The notes: generated by a model from the sequence alone, not told the origin. Positions 21,716 through 32,193 are shown, counted from the stretch's first letter. The stretch: 64,000 nt of DNA from an uncultured Methanosarcinales archaeon (GCA_963843555.1 CAWJKV010000004.1:106843-170842), one strand, 5' to 3'. Made by a program: numbers and translations.

Positions 21716-22285
21716 ATGAAGCTTCAAACCAGGATACTTGGCCGCAAGGTCCATGAGGTTGGGTATCGAACATTTTTGCTCCACAAAGCCATGGAGCTGG
21801 GCTGTCATCAGTTTTCCGCATACAACCGATTTGAGGAAGGACTTCAAGCGGTTGTAGCTCTGATAGAGGGCGATGAAGGGCAGATCTTAGGATTCAAGAG
21901 TTTTGTCGAGGAGAGCAAGCCGGAAACCTCAGAAGTCTCAGGTACTTTCTTCGAAGAATATCATGGCTACGTTATGTCTGTTGAAAATTTCATGCATTTA
22001 TCCATGGTGGAGCAACTGAACAAAGGTATACCAGCTCTTCTTAGATTAGACCAAAAGCAAGATAAAATGCTCGAAAAGCAGGATGGGACAATTGCGAAAC
22101 TGGAAGAGACTAGGTCCGATATAGTCCACGAGATAAGGGCCTCAAGAGATGAAGTGGTTTCCAAGTTGGACGAGAATCGCGAGGCCATCGTTGCTGAGAT
22201 AGGGGATCAGAAGATAACCCTGGACAATCGATTGAAACGGATTGAAGATGACATATCCAAGCTTAAGGCAAAGGTTGGCATCTAA
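21716..22285 (+). CDS. acylphosphatase-like domain + C-terminal coiled coil
   Basis: G-x-KVHEVGYR and AYN correspond to the GxVQGVGFR and catalytic Asn motifs; heptad-rich tail. Confidence 0.75.
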   Translation: MKLQTRILGRKVHEVGYRTFLLHKAMELGCHQFSAYNRFEEGLQAVVALIEGDEGQILGFKSFVEESKPETSEVSGTFFEEYHGYVMSVENFMHLSMVEQLNKGIPALLRLDQKQDKMLEKQDGTIAKLEETRSDIVHEIRASRDEVVSKLDENREAIVAEIGDQKITLDNRLKRIEDDISKLKAKVGI

Positions 22286-22320
22286 GTATTTTAGTATTAT
22301 TAATAAACTGAGCTAATTGT

Positions 22321-23409
22321 ATGTCCGGCAACACCTTTGGCACCATATTTCGCATCACCACCTGGGGCGAGTCACATGGCAGAGCTGTGGGCGTGGTAGT
22401 GGACGGCTGCCCCGCCGGCCTGGGGCTCTGCGCTGAAGACATCCAGAAGGAGCTGGACCGCAGGCGTCCCGGCCAGAGCCGCGCTTCAACGCAGCGCAAG
22501 GAAGAGGACCGCGCGGAGATATTATCCGGTATCTTTGAGGGCAAAACCACGGGCACGCCCGTCTCCGTGCTCGTCTGGAATAAGGATGCTGATTCGTCCG
22601 CCTATGATCTCCTCCGGGACACGCCCCGACCAGGTCATGCAGATTACGCCTACCAGATGAAGTACGGCCTGCGCGATCACCGGGGCGGAGGTCGGGCCTC
22701 GGCCAGAGAGACAGTGGGCCGGGTCGCAGCCGGAGCCATCGCCAAGAGACTATGCCAGGCCGCGGGAATTGAGGTTGTGGCTTTTGTGGCGGAGCTGGGT
22801 GGAATAAAGGCAGAAATCGCTTCTTCCGACTTGAAAGAGCTTCAGGCGAGTGCCGAGTCCAATGCCGTTCGCTGCCCTGATCTGGCTGCCGCAGAGAGGA
22901 TGATGCAGCGCCTGGATGCCGTCCGCCTGGAGGGTGACAGCCTGGGCGGCATCGTGGTGATAATTGCAGAAGGCGTGCCTGCGGGCCTGGGCGAGCCGGT
23001 CTTCGATAAACTGGATGCAGATCTTGCCAGGGCGCTCATGAGCATCGGCGCAGTGAAGGCGGTGGAGATTGGTGCAGGTCTGCAAAGCGCAAATCTGCAA
23101 GGCAGCGAGATGAATGACCCCATCTTTATGCAGGCAGGTAAGGTCGATTTTGAGAGCAACAACGCCGGGGGTATCCTGGGGGGCATCTCCACAGGTCAGG
23201 CTGTTGTCTGCAGAATTGCAGTTAAACCGACGCCGTCCATCGCCAAGCCACAGCGAACTGTCGACCTTGCCAGCCGCGAGGCGGTCGAGATTAATATCAA
23301 AGGGAGGCATGACCCGGCCATCCCGCCCAGAATTGTGCCCGTGGCCGAGGCGATGGTTGCTCTGGTTCTGGCTGATCACCTGCTGCGCCAAAGGGCGGCA
23401 AGGCTCTGA
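22321..23409 (+). CDS. aroC: chorismate synthase
   Basis: [35 protein letters not shown]. Confidence 0.97.
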   Translation: MSGNTFGTIFRITTWGESHGRAVGVVVDGCPAGLGLCAEDIQKELDRRRPGQSRASTQRKEEDRAEILSGIFEGKTTGTPVSVLVWNKDADSSAYDLLRDTPRPGHADYAYQMKYGLRDHRGGGRASARETVGRVAAGAIAKRLCQAAGIEVVAFVAELGGIKAEIASSDLKELQASAESNAVRCPDLAAAERMMQRLDAVRLEGDSLGGIVVIIAEGVPAGLGEPVFDKLDADLARALMSIGAVKAVEIGAGLQSANLQGSEMNDPIFMQAGKVDFESNNAGGILGGISTGQAVVCRIAVKPTPSIAKPQRTVDLASREAVEINIKGRHDPAIPPRIVPVAEAMVALVLADHLLRQRAARL

Positions 23410-23441
23410 TTATATATCTTTTCCAGGCTCCAAGTGGCATT

Positions 23442-25196
23442 ATGCGTAAGGAGTTTCGCGAGCTTATCCCTTTGCAGGAAGCCAGATCGATCATCTTCGG
23501 CCATGCGCCCAGACCACGGGAAGAGATCGTTTTCCTGGAAAGCTCCAGGAACTGCATTTTGGCGGAGAAGATCGTATCCGGAGTGGATGTTCCGGGTTTC
23601 CATCGCGCCTCCATGGATGGCTACGCTGTCCAGGCCGCGGATACGATCGAATCCAGAGAGGACCGGCCCGTCTCCCTCCGCCTGGCGGGATGCGTTCCCA
23701 TGGGAAGGCTTCCGGACCTGCGGGTCTCCCGGGGCGAAGCGGCCGAAGTTTCCACGGGCTCCGTGATGCCAGACGGAGCAGATGCCGTGGTCATGATAGA
23801 GTACTCTCAGGCCAAAGACGACCGGGTCTATGTCAGAAGGCCTGTATACTGCGGCGAGAATGTGCAGAAAGCGGGAAGCGACATCTCTTTTGGTGAGGCG
23901 GTGCTCTTCCCAGGCACAATGATCGCCTCGCGCGAGATGGGTGTTCTGGCTGCCCTGGGCCAGGAGACCGTGCGGGTGCTGAGCTTGAAGGTAGGAGTGG
24001 CCTCCACTGGGAGCGAACTCGTGCCTCCCGGCCACTGCCTGGGTCCAGGCCAGATCTATGACATCAACACCTATGCCATAGCTGCAGGAGTGCAGGAATG
24101 CGGAGCAACAGCAGTTCCATACGGCATTCTCCCGGACGAGCGAGCGGATATGGCAAAGAGGCTGCAGAAGATGGCCCGGGAGTGCGAAATGGTCCTGGTG
24201 AGCGGCAGCACCTCAGCCGGGGCCGGCGACATGGTCTATAAAATTCTGGAGGAGATAGGGGAGCTGATATTTCACGGAGTGAACCTGAAGCCCGGCAAGC
24301 CGACCATCTTCGGCCTGATCGATGGTAAGCCCTTTCTGGGTCTGCCCGGCTATCCCACCAGCGCTCTGACGGTCTTCTATGAGCTCGCAGCCCCCGCTAT
24401 CCGCAAAGTCTTGGGCCAGAGGCATCTGGAAAATAAAGTCGCAGGAAGGCTGGCCGGACCGCTTCGAACCGAGGGGCGCCAGCAGATGCTGGCCGTCGGA
24501 GTCGCGGGGAGTTTGGTCTACCCCGTGGACAAGGGAAGTGGCTCCATCACCACTCTGGCACTGGCAGATGGTGTCATCGAGATTCCGGCAGGTGTGGAGT
24601 ACTTAGAGAAAGGCACGGCAGTAGAGGTGAAGCTCTTTCGGGAGCTGCAGACGCCGAACATGGTCATTGCAGGCGAGAACTCCATAATTCTGGAGAGGCT
24701 GGCCGAGAGCCTGCCCTGGCGGCTTATGCTGCTGAATACAGGCTCCTTGCAAGGTAGAGTCTATCTGGAGGACGGCGTGGCGGACCTGGCAGCGGTTTCG
24801 AGCCTTGATGCTGTTTCCATTCCCGAGGGAATGACGGCCATGAAGGGTTACAAGAGAGAGTTGGGCCTCATCTACAGGGACGCAGCGGTCTTATCGGATC
24901 CCGGTAACCACCGCATCGTGGGCTGGCACCGAGACTCGGCGATGAAAGCGGTGTTTGAAAAGGCCTTGTGGGACCTTGGCATCACAAATCCCAGTTACGT
25001 GCGAATAGCCAGGACGCATTCGGCGGTGGCTGCCGCCGTTGCCTCCGGCCGAGCGGAACTGGGCTTTGGTGAGAGGGCGGCAGCAGTTGAGGCTGGCCTG
25101 GGCTTCGAATTCCTGGCCGAAGATGAGATGCAATTCCTGGGGAGACCTGAGATCCTGAACAATCCCTGGCTGAAATCCTTTATTGGCGCACTTTAG
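23442..25196 (+). CDS. moeA: molybdopterin molybdenumtransferase MoeA with C-terminal PBP-like domain
   Basis: RASMDGYAV, TGSVMPDGADAVVMIE, SGSTSAG, KPGKP, GLPGYP, THSAVAAAV. Confidence 0.93.
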   Translation: MRKEFRELIPLQEARSIIFGHAPRPREEIVFLESSRNCILAEKIVSGVDVPGFHRASMDGYAVQAADTIESREDRPVSLRLAGCVPMGRLPDLRVSRGEAAEVSTGSVMPDGADAVVMIEYSQAKDDRVYVRRPVYCGENVQKAGSDISFGEAVLFPGTMIASREMGVLAALGQETVRVLSLKVGVASTGSELVPPGHCLGPGQIYDINTYAIAAGVQECGATAVPYGILPDERADMAKRLQKMARECEMVLVSGSTSAGAGDMVYKILEEIGELIFHGVNLKPGKPTIFGLIDGKPFLGLPGYPTSALTVFYELAAPAIRKVLGQRHLENKVAGRLAGPLRTEGRQQMLAVGVAGSLVYPVDKGSGSITTLALADGVIEIPAGVEYLEKGTAVEVKLFRELQTPNMVIAGENSIILERLAESLPWRLMLLNTGSLQGRVYLEDGVADLAAVSSLDAVSIPEGMTAMKGYKRELGLIYRDAAVLSDPGNHRIVGWHRDSAMKAVFEKALWDLGITNPSYVRIARTHSAVAAAVASGRAELGFGERAAAVEAGLGFEFLAEDEMQFLGRPEILNNPWLKSFIGAL

Positions 25197-26184
25197 CAGG
25201 AGCAAACATCCTCGCCCGTCTTTCGTAATAGCCGAGTGGATGGCGAATTTTCCGGCAGAGATCGTCTTCGCCAGGACAATTTCCATAGGTGGCCATGGTG
25301 GCACACGCCGGCGGACGGTATTGGGTTCCGGCGGCTCCGGCGATATGCTCCACTTGATACCGGGTCCTCTCCAGATCGAAATCCGGACTGGTATTGAAAA
25401 GGGCGATCACCTCATCCGGGGTCATATTGATCTGCAAGAGAAAGCTGACCAGGGCAAAGCGCGCACTATGGGCCAGGTTCAAGCCTTTGGCGACCTCTGA
25501 CAGCATCTTCTTGATGCAGGGCGGAAAGGCTCCTTCTTCCACTGCTCCCAGATCCACCTTCTGCCGGGCTTTTATGGTCTCCAGCTCCTCGCCAAGCGGG
25601 GCCAGATACTCCACCAGGGTCTGGCAGATCTTCTCGTCCACAGGGATGGGCAGCCCTTTTAAGACCTTCTCCCTGATTACCTCCTCCAGGATACGCTTCA
25701 ATTCATCTTCCGTTACAGTGAGATAGCCCTCGCAGAGATCCCTGTTCGTCAGCTTCCATTTTGTGCTGTGCATGCGGTGAGCTGCCCGAATGTACTCGGC
25801 AAAATAGATCTTCCAGGGTCCGGGGCCCCGCAGACTGAGGCCCAGGTCGCTTGCCAGGGTAATCAAGCCCTCTTTCTCATTTTGCATCCTCTTGAAGGCC
25901 AGCTTTGCCTCAGCCAGAGCATAGCGGCGCAATAGAATTGGATCGCCAAGACACGAGACCATCACTCTGGCCAGGGGATAGCTGAGCAGTTCTGTGAGAT
26001 TCTCGGCTTCGGTATTGCCCGATCTCTCGGGAATGGCATCGCTCATGGCTCCAGCCACCCTTTCTGCGGCCCGGCTGCGCACGGTCTTAAAAGAGGATTT
26101 GCTGAGAAGACTCTCCAGAGAGTATCCTAAGCCTCGAACAAGTTCTGTCGCTTCCTGTGTAAAAGGGTAGTCGGAGATCCTCAT
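25180..26184 (-). CDS. priL: DNA primase large subunit
   Basis: YPF, FPPCI, HSARF, PDFD...YQVEHI, YRPPACATM...C. Confidence 0.95.
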   Translation of the reverse strand: MRISDYPFTQEATELVRGLGYSLESLLSKSSFKTVRSRAAERVAGAMSDAIPERSGNTEAENLTELLSYPLARVMVSCLGDPILLRRYALAEAKLAFKRMQNEKEGLITLASDLGLSLRGPGPWKIYFAEYIRAAHRMHSTKWKLTNRDLCEGYLTVTEDELKRILEEVIREKVLKGLPIPVDEKICQTLVEYLAPLGEELETIKARQKVDLGAVEEGAFPPCIKKMLSEVAKGLNLAHSARFALVSFLLQINMTPDEVIALFNTSPDFDLERTRYQVEHIAGAAGTQYRPPACATMATYGNCPGEDDLCRKIRHPLGYYERRARMFAPAKVRQ

Positions 26185-26915
26185 TCCTGTTCAATGCGGG
26201 GAGCTAAGAGGTAGTTGATCTCCACGGATTGGCCGAGCTTGAAGTTCACCCGCAAGGGGTAGTCTATGCCCATCTCCAGAGTTACCTCGCCCGCCTTGCT
26301 GATGGACTTGGACATGTCCTCCAGATAGTCCAATGAGAAAAGGCTCCTTGCTTCGCCCGGCTTCATGCCCAGTAGTTCCGTGCTGGGGATCTTGAGCTTG
26401 AGGGAATCGATATCTCCCTTGGCCTCCATGTAGAAACCCTCATCAGAGACGCCCAAAATTACGTGATCGCTGACCTTTTCTGCGGCTTTTACCGCCCGGC
26501 GCAGCTCTACTCCAGGCAGAGTTACATGTGCCGGCAAATCCAGCTCGGGGATGCGTGGTTCTTTTCTTATGGCCGTCGGATCTATCAGGCTTAAGGTGTA
26601 GGACAGAGACCCCACGCCGATCTTCAGCTTGTGGCTCTCCTCGTCCAGCTCCAGCTGAACGTTCTCGCCCTTATCGGCCATGCTCAAGACGTCGCTCAGC
26701 CGAACCAGGTCTACGCCAATTTCACCCTGGTCGGCATTGAAGTACTCGAAGGCATCATTGCCTATCTTGAGTGATACCATGGCTACGTTCGCAGGGTCTA
26801 CCGCCTTCAGCTCCAAGCCTTTTTCAGATATTGAGAACTTAACTTCATCCACCAGAGAAGAGACTGAATCGATTGCATCGCGCAGAGTCTCCGCGTTGAT
26901 TACTGCCTTGAACAT
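26181..26915 (-). CDS. pcn: DNA polymerase sliding clamp PCNA
   Basis: AVDPANVAM, SLFSLDYL, YLLAPRIE. Confidence 0.97.
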   Translation of the reverse strand: MFKAVINAETLRDAIDSVSSLVDEVKFSISEKGLELKAVDPANVAMVSLKIGNDAFEYFNADQGEIGVDLVRLSDVLSMADKGENVQLELDEESHKLKIGVGSLSYTLSLIDPTAIRKEPRIPELDLPAHVTLPGVELRRAVKAAEKVSDHVILGVSDEGFYMEAKGDIDSLKLKIPSTELLGMKPGEARSLFSLDYLEDMSKSISKAGEVTLEMGIDYPLRVNFKLGQSVEINYLLAPRIEQE

Positions 26916-26965
26916 TCCTTGATCCTCCTGGATGAGGACAATTTAATATTTAATATAGTTGATGC

Positions 26966-27274
26966 TTAGTCATACTCGCGCCAGGTTCTGTTGCATTTGG
27001 TGCAACGGAAGAAACGAACCTCGCTCTCATCCGCGGATCGTAGCTGCCGCAGCCACCAGTAGGCGACATTATTGCCGCACTCGGGACACCTGGCATTGGT
27101 GGTAGGAAGGCCGGCTGACTCCTGCTCCAATACGGGCACAACGCGATCGAGCTGCTTGGTCTTGCTGACCATTGATTCGCCTGCAGACTTCGGTATCTTG
27201 TGGCCGCATTTGCGGCAGACCATCATGCCGTCTTTGGGCATCATCATCATCTTACATTGAGGACAAAACTCCAT
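26966..27274 (-). CDS. tfs: transcription factor S
   Basis: MEFCPQC...CRKCG, CPECG, QLRSADE, CTKC..WREY. Confidence 0.96.
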   Translation of the reverse strand: MEFCPQCKMMMMPKDGMMVCRKCGHKIPKSAGESMVSKTKQLDRVVPVLEQESAGLPTTNARCPECGNNVAYWWLRQLRSADESEVRFFRCTKCNRTWREYD

Positions 27275-27340
27275 CAGCATGGAGTAGTCACTCGTCATAT
27301 TAAAGTTTGCCAGCCCCTTTGGGGGAGGAAGAGGCAAGAT

Positions 27341-28006
27341 ATGAGCACAGCGATAAATGTGATCTGCCTGGATCGCCCAGGAATGCTGCGCGACATTGCG
27401 GGTGCAGTGGCAAAGAGAGGCGGTAACATCGTCTACACTCAGCAGTTCGTAGTGGAACGGGGATTGAATCGCGGCAAGGCTTCCGTCTATATGGAGATCG
27501 ATGGCCAAAAAGAAATCATTCGTGAGATGGTGGATGAGCTGGCTGACTTCGATTCCATCTTCGAGGTCTCTATCTATGAGCCCTTTGAGAAGATATTCGG
27601 CTCCAGAGTGATAATCATCGGCGGCGGAGCTCAGGTGGCCCAGGTCGCAGTAGGGGCGGTGAATGAGGCCGACCGGCATAATTTGCGAGGAGAGAGGATC
27701 AGCGTGGACACCATTCCCCTGGTAGGCGAAGCTGCCATTGCCGATGCCGTCAGCGCAGTGAGCCGATTGCCGCGCGCCTCTATCCTGGTGCTGGCAGGGG
27801 CACTCATGGGCGGGCGCATCACCGAGGAGGTGCGGAGAATCCAGGCGGAAGGGATACCAGTCATCGCCCTTAAGATGGCCGGGTCGGTTCCCGATCAGGC
27901 CGATCTGGTGGTGACGGACCCCATCCAAGCAGGCACATTTGCGGTAATGCATGTGGCCAGCACAGCGGTCTTCGATATCTCCCGGGTGAGGGGCCGGGAG
28001 TTCTAG
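27341..28006 (+). CDS. ACT-domain protein (DUF5612-like)
   Basis: DRPGMLRDIA..GGNI ACT domain; FGSRVIIIGGGAQVAQVA, EADRHN, ERISVDTIP. Confidence 0.85.
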   Translation: MSTAINVICLDRPGMLRDIAGAVAKRGGNIVYTQQFVVERGLNRGKASVYMEIDGQKEIIREMVDELADFDSIFEVSIYEPFEKIFGSRVIIIGGGAQVAQVAVGAVNEADRHNLRGERISVDTIPLVGEAAIADAVSAVSRLPRASILVLAGALMGGRITEEVRRIQAEGIPVIALKMAGSVPDQADLVVTDPIQAGTFAVMHVASTAVFDISRVRGREF

Positions 28007-28252
28007 CTATTTCAGGATCGCAGCCAGATTCTTGAGCTTCTCGCCCGAGAATAGGTCCTCGACTGTGTAGAACTTCTCCTCTGCCTGGAGCACAGGCGCC
28101 GAAAGAGTGAATACGCCGTTTATGCGCAGCTCAGTGAGCGCTTCAGGGGCGGCCATATCAAGATTCTCAAAAGTGATGCCTGCGTCTCCCAGAGCCGCTT
28201 TGAGCTGTTCGCATTTGGGGCAGGACTTTGTGGAATAGACTCTGTACTTCAA
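28007..28252 (-). CDS. glutaredoxin/NrdH-like redoxin
   Basis: YSTKSCPKC, SAPVL; TTG start. Confidence 0.88.
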   Translation of the reverse strand: MKYRVYSTKSCPKCEQLKAALGDAGITFENLDMAAPEALTELRINGVFTLSAPVLQAEEKFYTVEDLFSGEKLKNLAAILK

Positions 28253-28329
28253 AGAGATACCTCTGCAGTAGTTGTCAGATGCTGCAAAATAGTAGAGTTA
28301 TTGCTGACTATAAGCGATTTGCGGGCGAT

Positions 28330-28677
28330 CTAGCGCAGGGCCATGGGGTAGGATTTCCTGGCCCAGGTCGCATATCCCTGTTCAACAGCCTTCTCGGCAC
28401 ATTCCCTGCAGCAGGAGAAGTTGGCCAGGTACTCCGTGCCCTCCATCTCATGCTCAAAGACATTATTGCAGCTGAATCCCGATATTCGCCTGAAGTCGTC
28501 GCCTTTGCCGAACTCATCACATTCAGCCGGAGCAGGACGTTCCAATACCACCCAATCTCTGGGAAGGAGTACGGGCAAGGTGGCCAGGGTCATGCCGCAT
28601 CCGCATGGGCCATAAACATCTTCTAAATCCGTATAGATAATCGCCTTACATACATTTTCGCTCATATTCTCGCTCAT
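28330..28677 (-). CDS. cysteine-rich hypothetical protein
   Basis: GAGGAG RBS before ATG; CGCG and CCREC motifs. Confidence 0.65.
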   Translation of the reverse strand: MSENMSENVCKAIIYTDLEDVYGPCGCGMTLATLPVLLPRDWVVLERPAPAECDEFGKGDDFRRISGFSCNNVFEHEMEGTEYLANFSCCRECAEKAVEQGYATWARKSYPMALR

Positions 28678-28924
28678 CGTCCACTCCTCTCTCGCGATTG
28701 TATTGACGTTCAACCTAAATAATATTTCCCGTCCATTTTCATGTTTTTTCCCTCTAATTCAGGTTTAAATTTAAAATGGCCCGATAATGTGCGATGGATT
28801 TCTTAAACAATAATTATATATGGAATTACAGGATTATAAGCAATTAATTCTGGCTTGCAGCTTTAGATGGGTTGAAATCCTGGCTTTTCTGGCTGCAAAA
28901 CCTGATAAATGAGGTGAATTACAA

Positions 28925-29155
28925 ATGCCGATACTTCCCGTGGCCCCGGTGAGCAGACTCATACGCGAGGCAGGGGCTAAGAGAGTGAGTGAAAGTGCTA
29001 GGGACGCCCTGGCAGAGGTTCTGGAGAGTTATGGTTTAGATGTAGCCCATGAGGCCGTAGGCTGGGCCAATCACGCCAAGAGGAAGACGGTCAAGGCGGA
29101 GGACATAAGAGAAGCAGTCAAAAGAGTTAAACCTCCTGTGGTCACTGAAAGGTGA
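28925..29155 (+). CDS. archaeal histone (HMf-type)
   Basis: LPVAPVSRLIREAGAKRVS...HAKRKTVKAEDI; GAGGTGA RBS at 28911. Confidence 0.95.
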   Translation: MPILPVAPVSRLIREAGAKRVSESARDALAEVLESYGLDVAHEAVGWANHAKRKTVKAEDIREAVKRVKPPVVTER

Positions 29156-29158
29156 TCG

Positions 29159-31063
29159 ATGGCAAAAGACGTCTCTACTGGGTTAGACTACAACGCATTA
29201 GGCCTTCTATGCGGTATTGAAATTCACCAGCAGCTCGACACCGCCTGTAAGCTCTTCTGCGGCTGCCCCACAAAGCACCGGGAAGTCGAGGAGTCAAATT
29301 TCGAGTTCTTCCGGTATCTACGACCCTCGAGAAGCGAGCTTGGCGAGATCGATCGCGCCGCTTTGGAAGAGGTTCTCGTATCGCGCAAGTTCCATTATAA
29401 GTCCTATAGCACCACCTGTCTGGTGGAGGCGGATGAGGAGCCGCCCCGGGAGATAAACTCCGAGGCCCTGGAGATATCCCTCATCATCGCGCGGCTGCTC
29501 AACATCCTGGTCGTGGATGAGGTGCAGACCATGCGCAAGATGGTTATAGACGGCTCCAACACCTCCGGCTTCCAGCGCACTGCCTACATCGGATCAGAAG
29601 GCAAGATCGAAACCACGCAGGGATCGGTCGGTATAGGCGTCCTCTGCCTGGAGGAGGAAGCGGCGCGCATCATCGAGGACCGCGGAGACAGTATGGTCTA
29701 TTCACTTGACCGGTTGGGCATTCCGCTGGTGGAAATAGGTACCGAACCGGATATCATCTCGCCGGCGCACGCTCGCGAGGTCGCTTCATACCTGGGAATG
29801 ATTCTGCGCTCCACAAGGCGGGTCAAGAGGGGCCTGGGCACCATCCGCCAGGATGTTAATGTCTCCATCAAGGGTGGGGCGCGTGTGGAGGTGAAGGGCG
29901 TTCAGGCCCTTAATCTGGTTGACAAGGTTGTGGAGTTTGAGGCCCTTCGCCAGGTCAGGCTTCTGGAAATAAGGGGGGAATTGGGCCAGCGCAAGGCAGC
30001 GGTCGACGACACCTTATGGGACGTGACAACCCTTTTTGCAGACACGGGCTCGAAGGTTATAGCAAAGTCCCTCCAGATGGGTGGTGTGGTCCTGGCCTGC
30101 CGCCTGCAAGGCTTTGCCGGCCTGGTAGGCAGAGAGATTCAGCCCGGTCGTAGACTGGGCTCGGAGATGTCTGACAGAGCCAAACGGGCCGGAGTGGGCG
30201 GGATCTTTCATACCGATGAGCTCCCAGCTTACGGCATCTCCGAGGGTGAGGTCGAAGCGGTTCGTGGCCTCCTGAGTGCGATGGAAGAAGACGCAGTCGT
30301 CATGGTCACAAGCAGCAGGGATCGAGCCGAGAAGGCACTGCAGGCCGTTCAGGTCCGGGCCCGCGAGTCTCTGGCTTTTGTGCCGGAGGAGACGCGTCGA
30401 GCGCTCCCTAACGGCTGTTCGGAGTATATGCGGCCACTGCCAGGGTCTGCCCGAATGTATCCGGAGACAGATGTGCCTTCGGTGATGATCACAGAGGAGA
30501 TGCAAAATAAGCTCCAGCTTCCCGAGCTATTCATGGCTCGCGCGGAGCGGTTCGGGCGCGAATATGGCTTGAATGCCGAGCAGGCCCGTGTTATGGCTGC
30601 TTCACCTAACTATCAGCTCTTTGAAGAGATCGTCTTGAAGTTCCAGGTCCAGTCTTCCATAGTGGTTCGGGCGCTGGAGACGATACCCATTGAGCTGGCC
30701 AGAGAGGGTGTGCCCGTCTCCAATCTGACGGACCAGCATTACAAAGACTGCTTTGGCCTTATAGCAGCTGGCCGGGTCGCCAAGGAGGGGCTATTGGATC
30801 TGCTTCGCTCTTTGGCCGAGCATCCTGATTGGAAGGCCTCAGAAGCGGCGAAGGCTGCGGGCATGTCGGGTGTGGATGAAGTTGAAGTGGTGAACGCTGT
30901 ACGGGCTATTGTGGCTGGCAAGGCCGATCTGGTGCGTTCCAAAGGCGAAAGGGCGGCAGCTCCTCTCATGGGCCTGGTGATGTTGGAGTTGAGGGGCAAA
31001 GCAGATGGTGCTATGGTGAGCGCCATATTGAAGAAGGAAATACAAAATATACTGAACGAGTGA
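29159..31063 (+). CDS. gatE: Glu-tRNA(Gln) amidotransferase subunit E
   Basis: GIEIHQQL, DEEPP, MRKMVIDGSNTSGFQRT, DRLGIPLVEI, RMYPETD. Confidence 0.97.
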   Translation: MAKDVSTGLDYNALGLLCGIEIHQQLDTACKLFCGCPTKHREVEESNFEFFRYLRPSRSELGEIDRAALEEVLVSRKFHYKSYSTTCLVEADEEPPREINSEALEISLIIARLLNILVVDEVQTMRKMVIDGSNTSGFQRTAYIGSEGKIETTQGSVGIGVLCLEEEAARIIEDRGDSMVYSLDRLGIPLVEIGTEPDIISPAHAREVASYLGMILRSTRRVKRGLGTIRQDVNVSIKGGARVEVKGVQALNLVDKVVEFEALRQVRLLEIRGELGQRKAAVDDTLWDVTTLFADTGSKVIAKSLQMGGVVLACRLQGFAGLVGREIQPGRRLGSEMSDRAKRAGVGGIFHTDELPAYGISEGEVEAVRGLLSAMEEDAVVMVTSSRDRAEKALQAVQVRARESLAFVPEETRRALPNGCSEYMRPLPGSARMYPETDVPSVMITEEMQNKLQLPELFMARAERFGREYGLNAEQARVMAASPNYQLFEEIVLKFQVQSSIVVRALETIPIELAREGVPVSNLTDQHYKDCFGLIAAGRVAKEGLLDLLRSLAEHPDWKASEAAKAAGMSGVDEVEVVNAVRAIVAGKADLVRSKGERAAAPLMGLVMLELRGKADGAMVSAILKKEIQNILNE

Positions 31064-32193
31064 GCCCCGAGAAAGCTAAGAGACCGGATATGCTCCTCTG
31101 GGAGGAGACACTCTTCAAAGACAGGGATCTATTCGAGTTAGATCACCTGCCCGAGCACTTCCTGCACAGGGAGGCGCAGATGAACAGCCTCAAGTTTTGC
31201 ATCCGTCCGGCATTGCAGGGCGGAAGGCCAGTCAATGCTCTATGCCTCGGCCCCCCTGGTACGGGAAAGACCACGGCTATTCTCAAGCTCTTTGAGGAGA
31301 TTGAGGACCATTCTTCCCATATCGTCCCAGTACATGTCAACTGTCAGATGGACTCCACCAGATATGCGGTCTTCTACCAGCTCTATAAAAAGATCTTCGA
31401 GCATGCGCCTCCATCCAGCGGCATATCCTTCAAGCGCGTCTTCGAGAAGGTGGCCCAGCACTCGGCAGACGAAAAGAAGGTGCTGGTTGTGGCCCTGGAT
31501 GATATAAATTATCTATTCCACGAAAAGGAAGTCGATCACGTTTTATATTCCCTGCTGAGAGCGCATGAGACCTGCCCTGGTGCCAGGATGGGTGTGATCG
31601 GCGTCATGAGCGATCTCACCCTGAACTACGTCTTCGACCCCCGGGTTGTCTCCGTCTTTCAGGCGGAGGATGTGGTTTTTCCTCTTTACACACGTTCAGA
31701 GATACGCGACATTCTGGGACGCCGGGTGCAGTTGGGCTTCTATCCCGGCGTGATGTCAGATGACGTCCTGGAGGCCATAGTGGACTACACAGAGAAGTCC
31801 GGGGATCTAAGGGTGGGGATAGATCTTCTCAAGAGGTCCGGCCTGACTGCAGAAAAGCGCGCCTCCAAGAGCATCTCCTCGGAGGATGTGGCAAGCTCCT
31901 ACGACCGTTCCCGGCTGGTTCATCTCACCTATGCCCTGAAATCCCTGAAAGAAGATGAGCAAAAGGTGCTGCGAATGGCGTTAAGCCAGGAAAGCTGGCG
32001 TGCAGGCGAGCTCTTTCATCGCTTTCATGAGGAGACGGGAGCAGGATACACCCGTTTCCATGAGATCCTCAATAAGCTGGATTCAATCCGGCTGATTAAT
32101 GCCGATTTTACGGGCGCGGGAGAGCGTGGTCGGAGCCGAGTCATCAGCGTGCGCTACGAGCCGGAAGAGATATTGAGCCGGTTAGGTCCATGA
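31060..32193 (+). CDS. cdc6: Orc1/Cdc6 replication initiator
   Basis: FLHRE, GPPGTGKT, VNCQ, LDDINYL, GDLRVGIDLL, C-terminal winged helix. Confidence 0.95.
   Translation: MSPEKAKRPDMLLWEETLFKDRDLFELDHLPEHFLHREAQMNSLKFCIRPALQGGRPVNALCLGPPGTGKTTAILKLFEEIEDHSSHIVPVHVNCQMDSTRYAVFYQLYKKIFEHAPPSSGISFKRVFEKVAQHSADEKKVLVVALDDINYLFHEKEVDHVLYSLLRAHETCPGARMGVIGVMSDLTLNYVFDPRVVSVFQAEDVVFPLYTRSEIRDILGRRVQLGFYPGVMSDDVLEAIVDYTEKSGDLRVGIDLLKRSGLTAEKRASKSISSEDVASSYDRSRLVHLTYALKSLKEDEQKVLRMALSQESWRAGELFHRFHEETGAGYTRFHEILNKLDSIRLINADFTGAGERGRSRVISVRYEPEEILSRLGP

Noticed and set aside
26966..27952. 328-aa ORF ending in TFS
   Set aside because: Its N-terminal 226 aa is the antisense of the ACT-domain gene; TFS starts at 27274 (or 27280).
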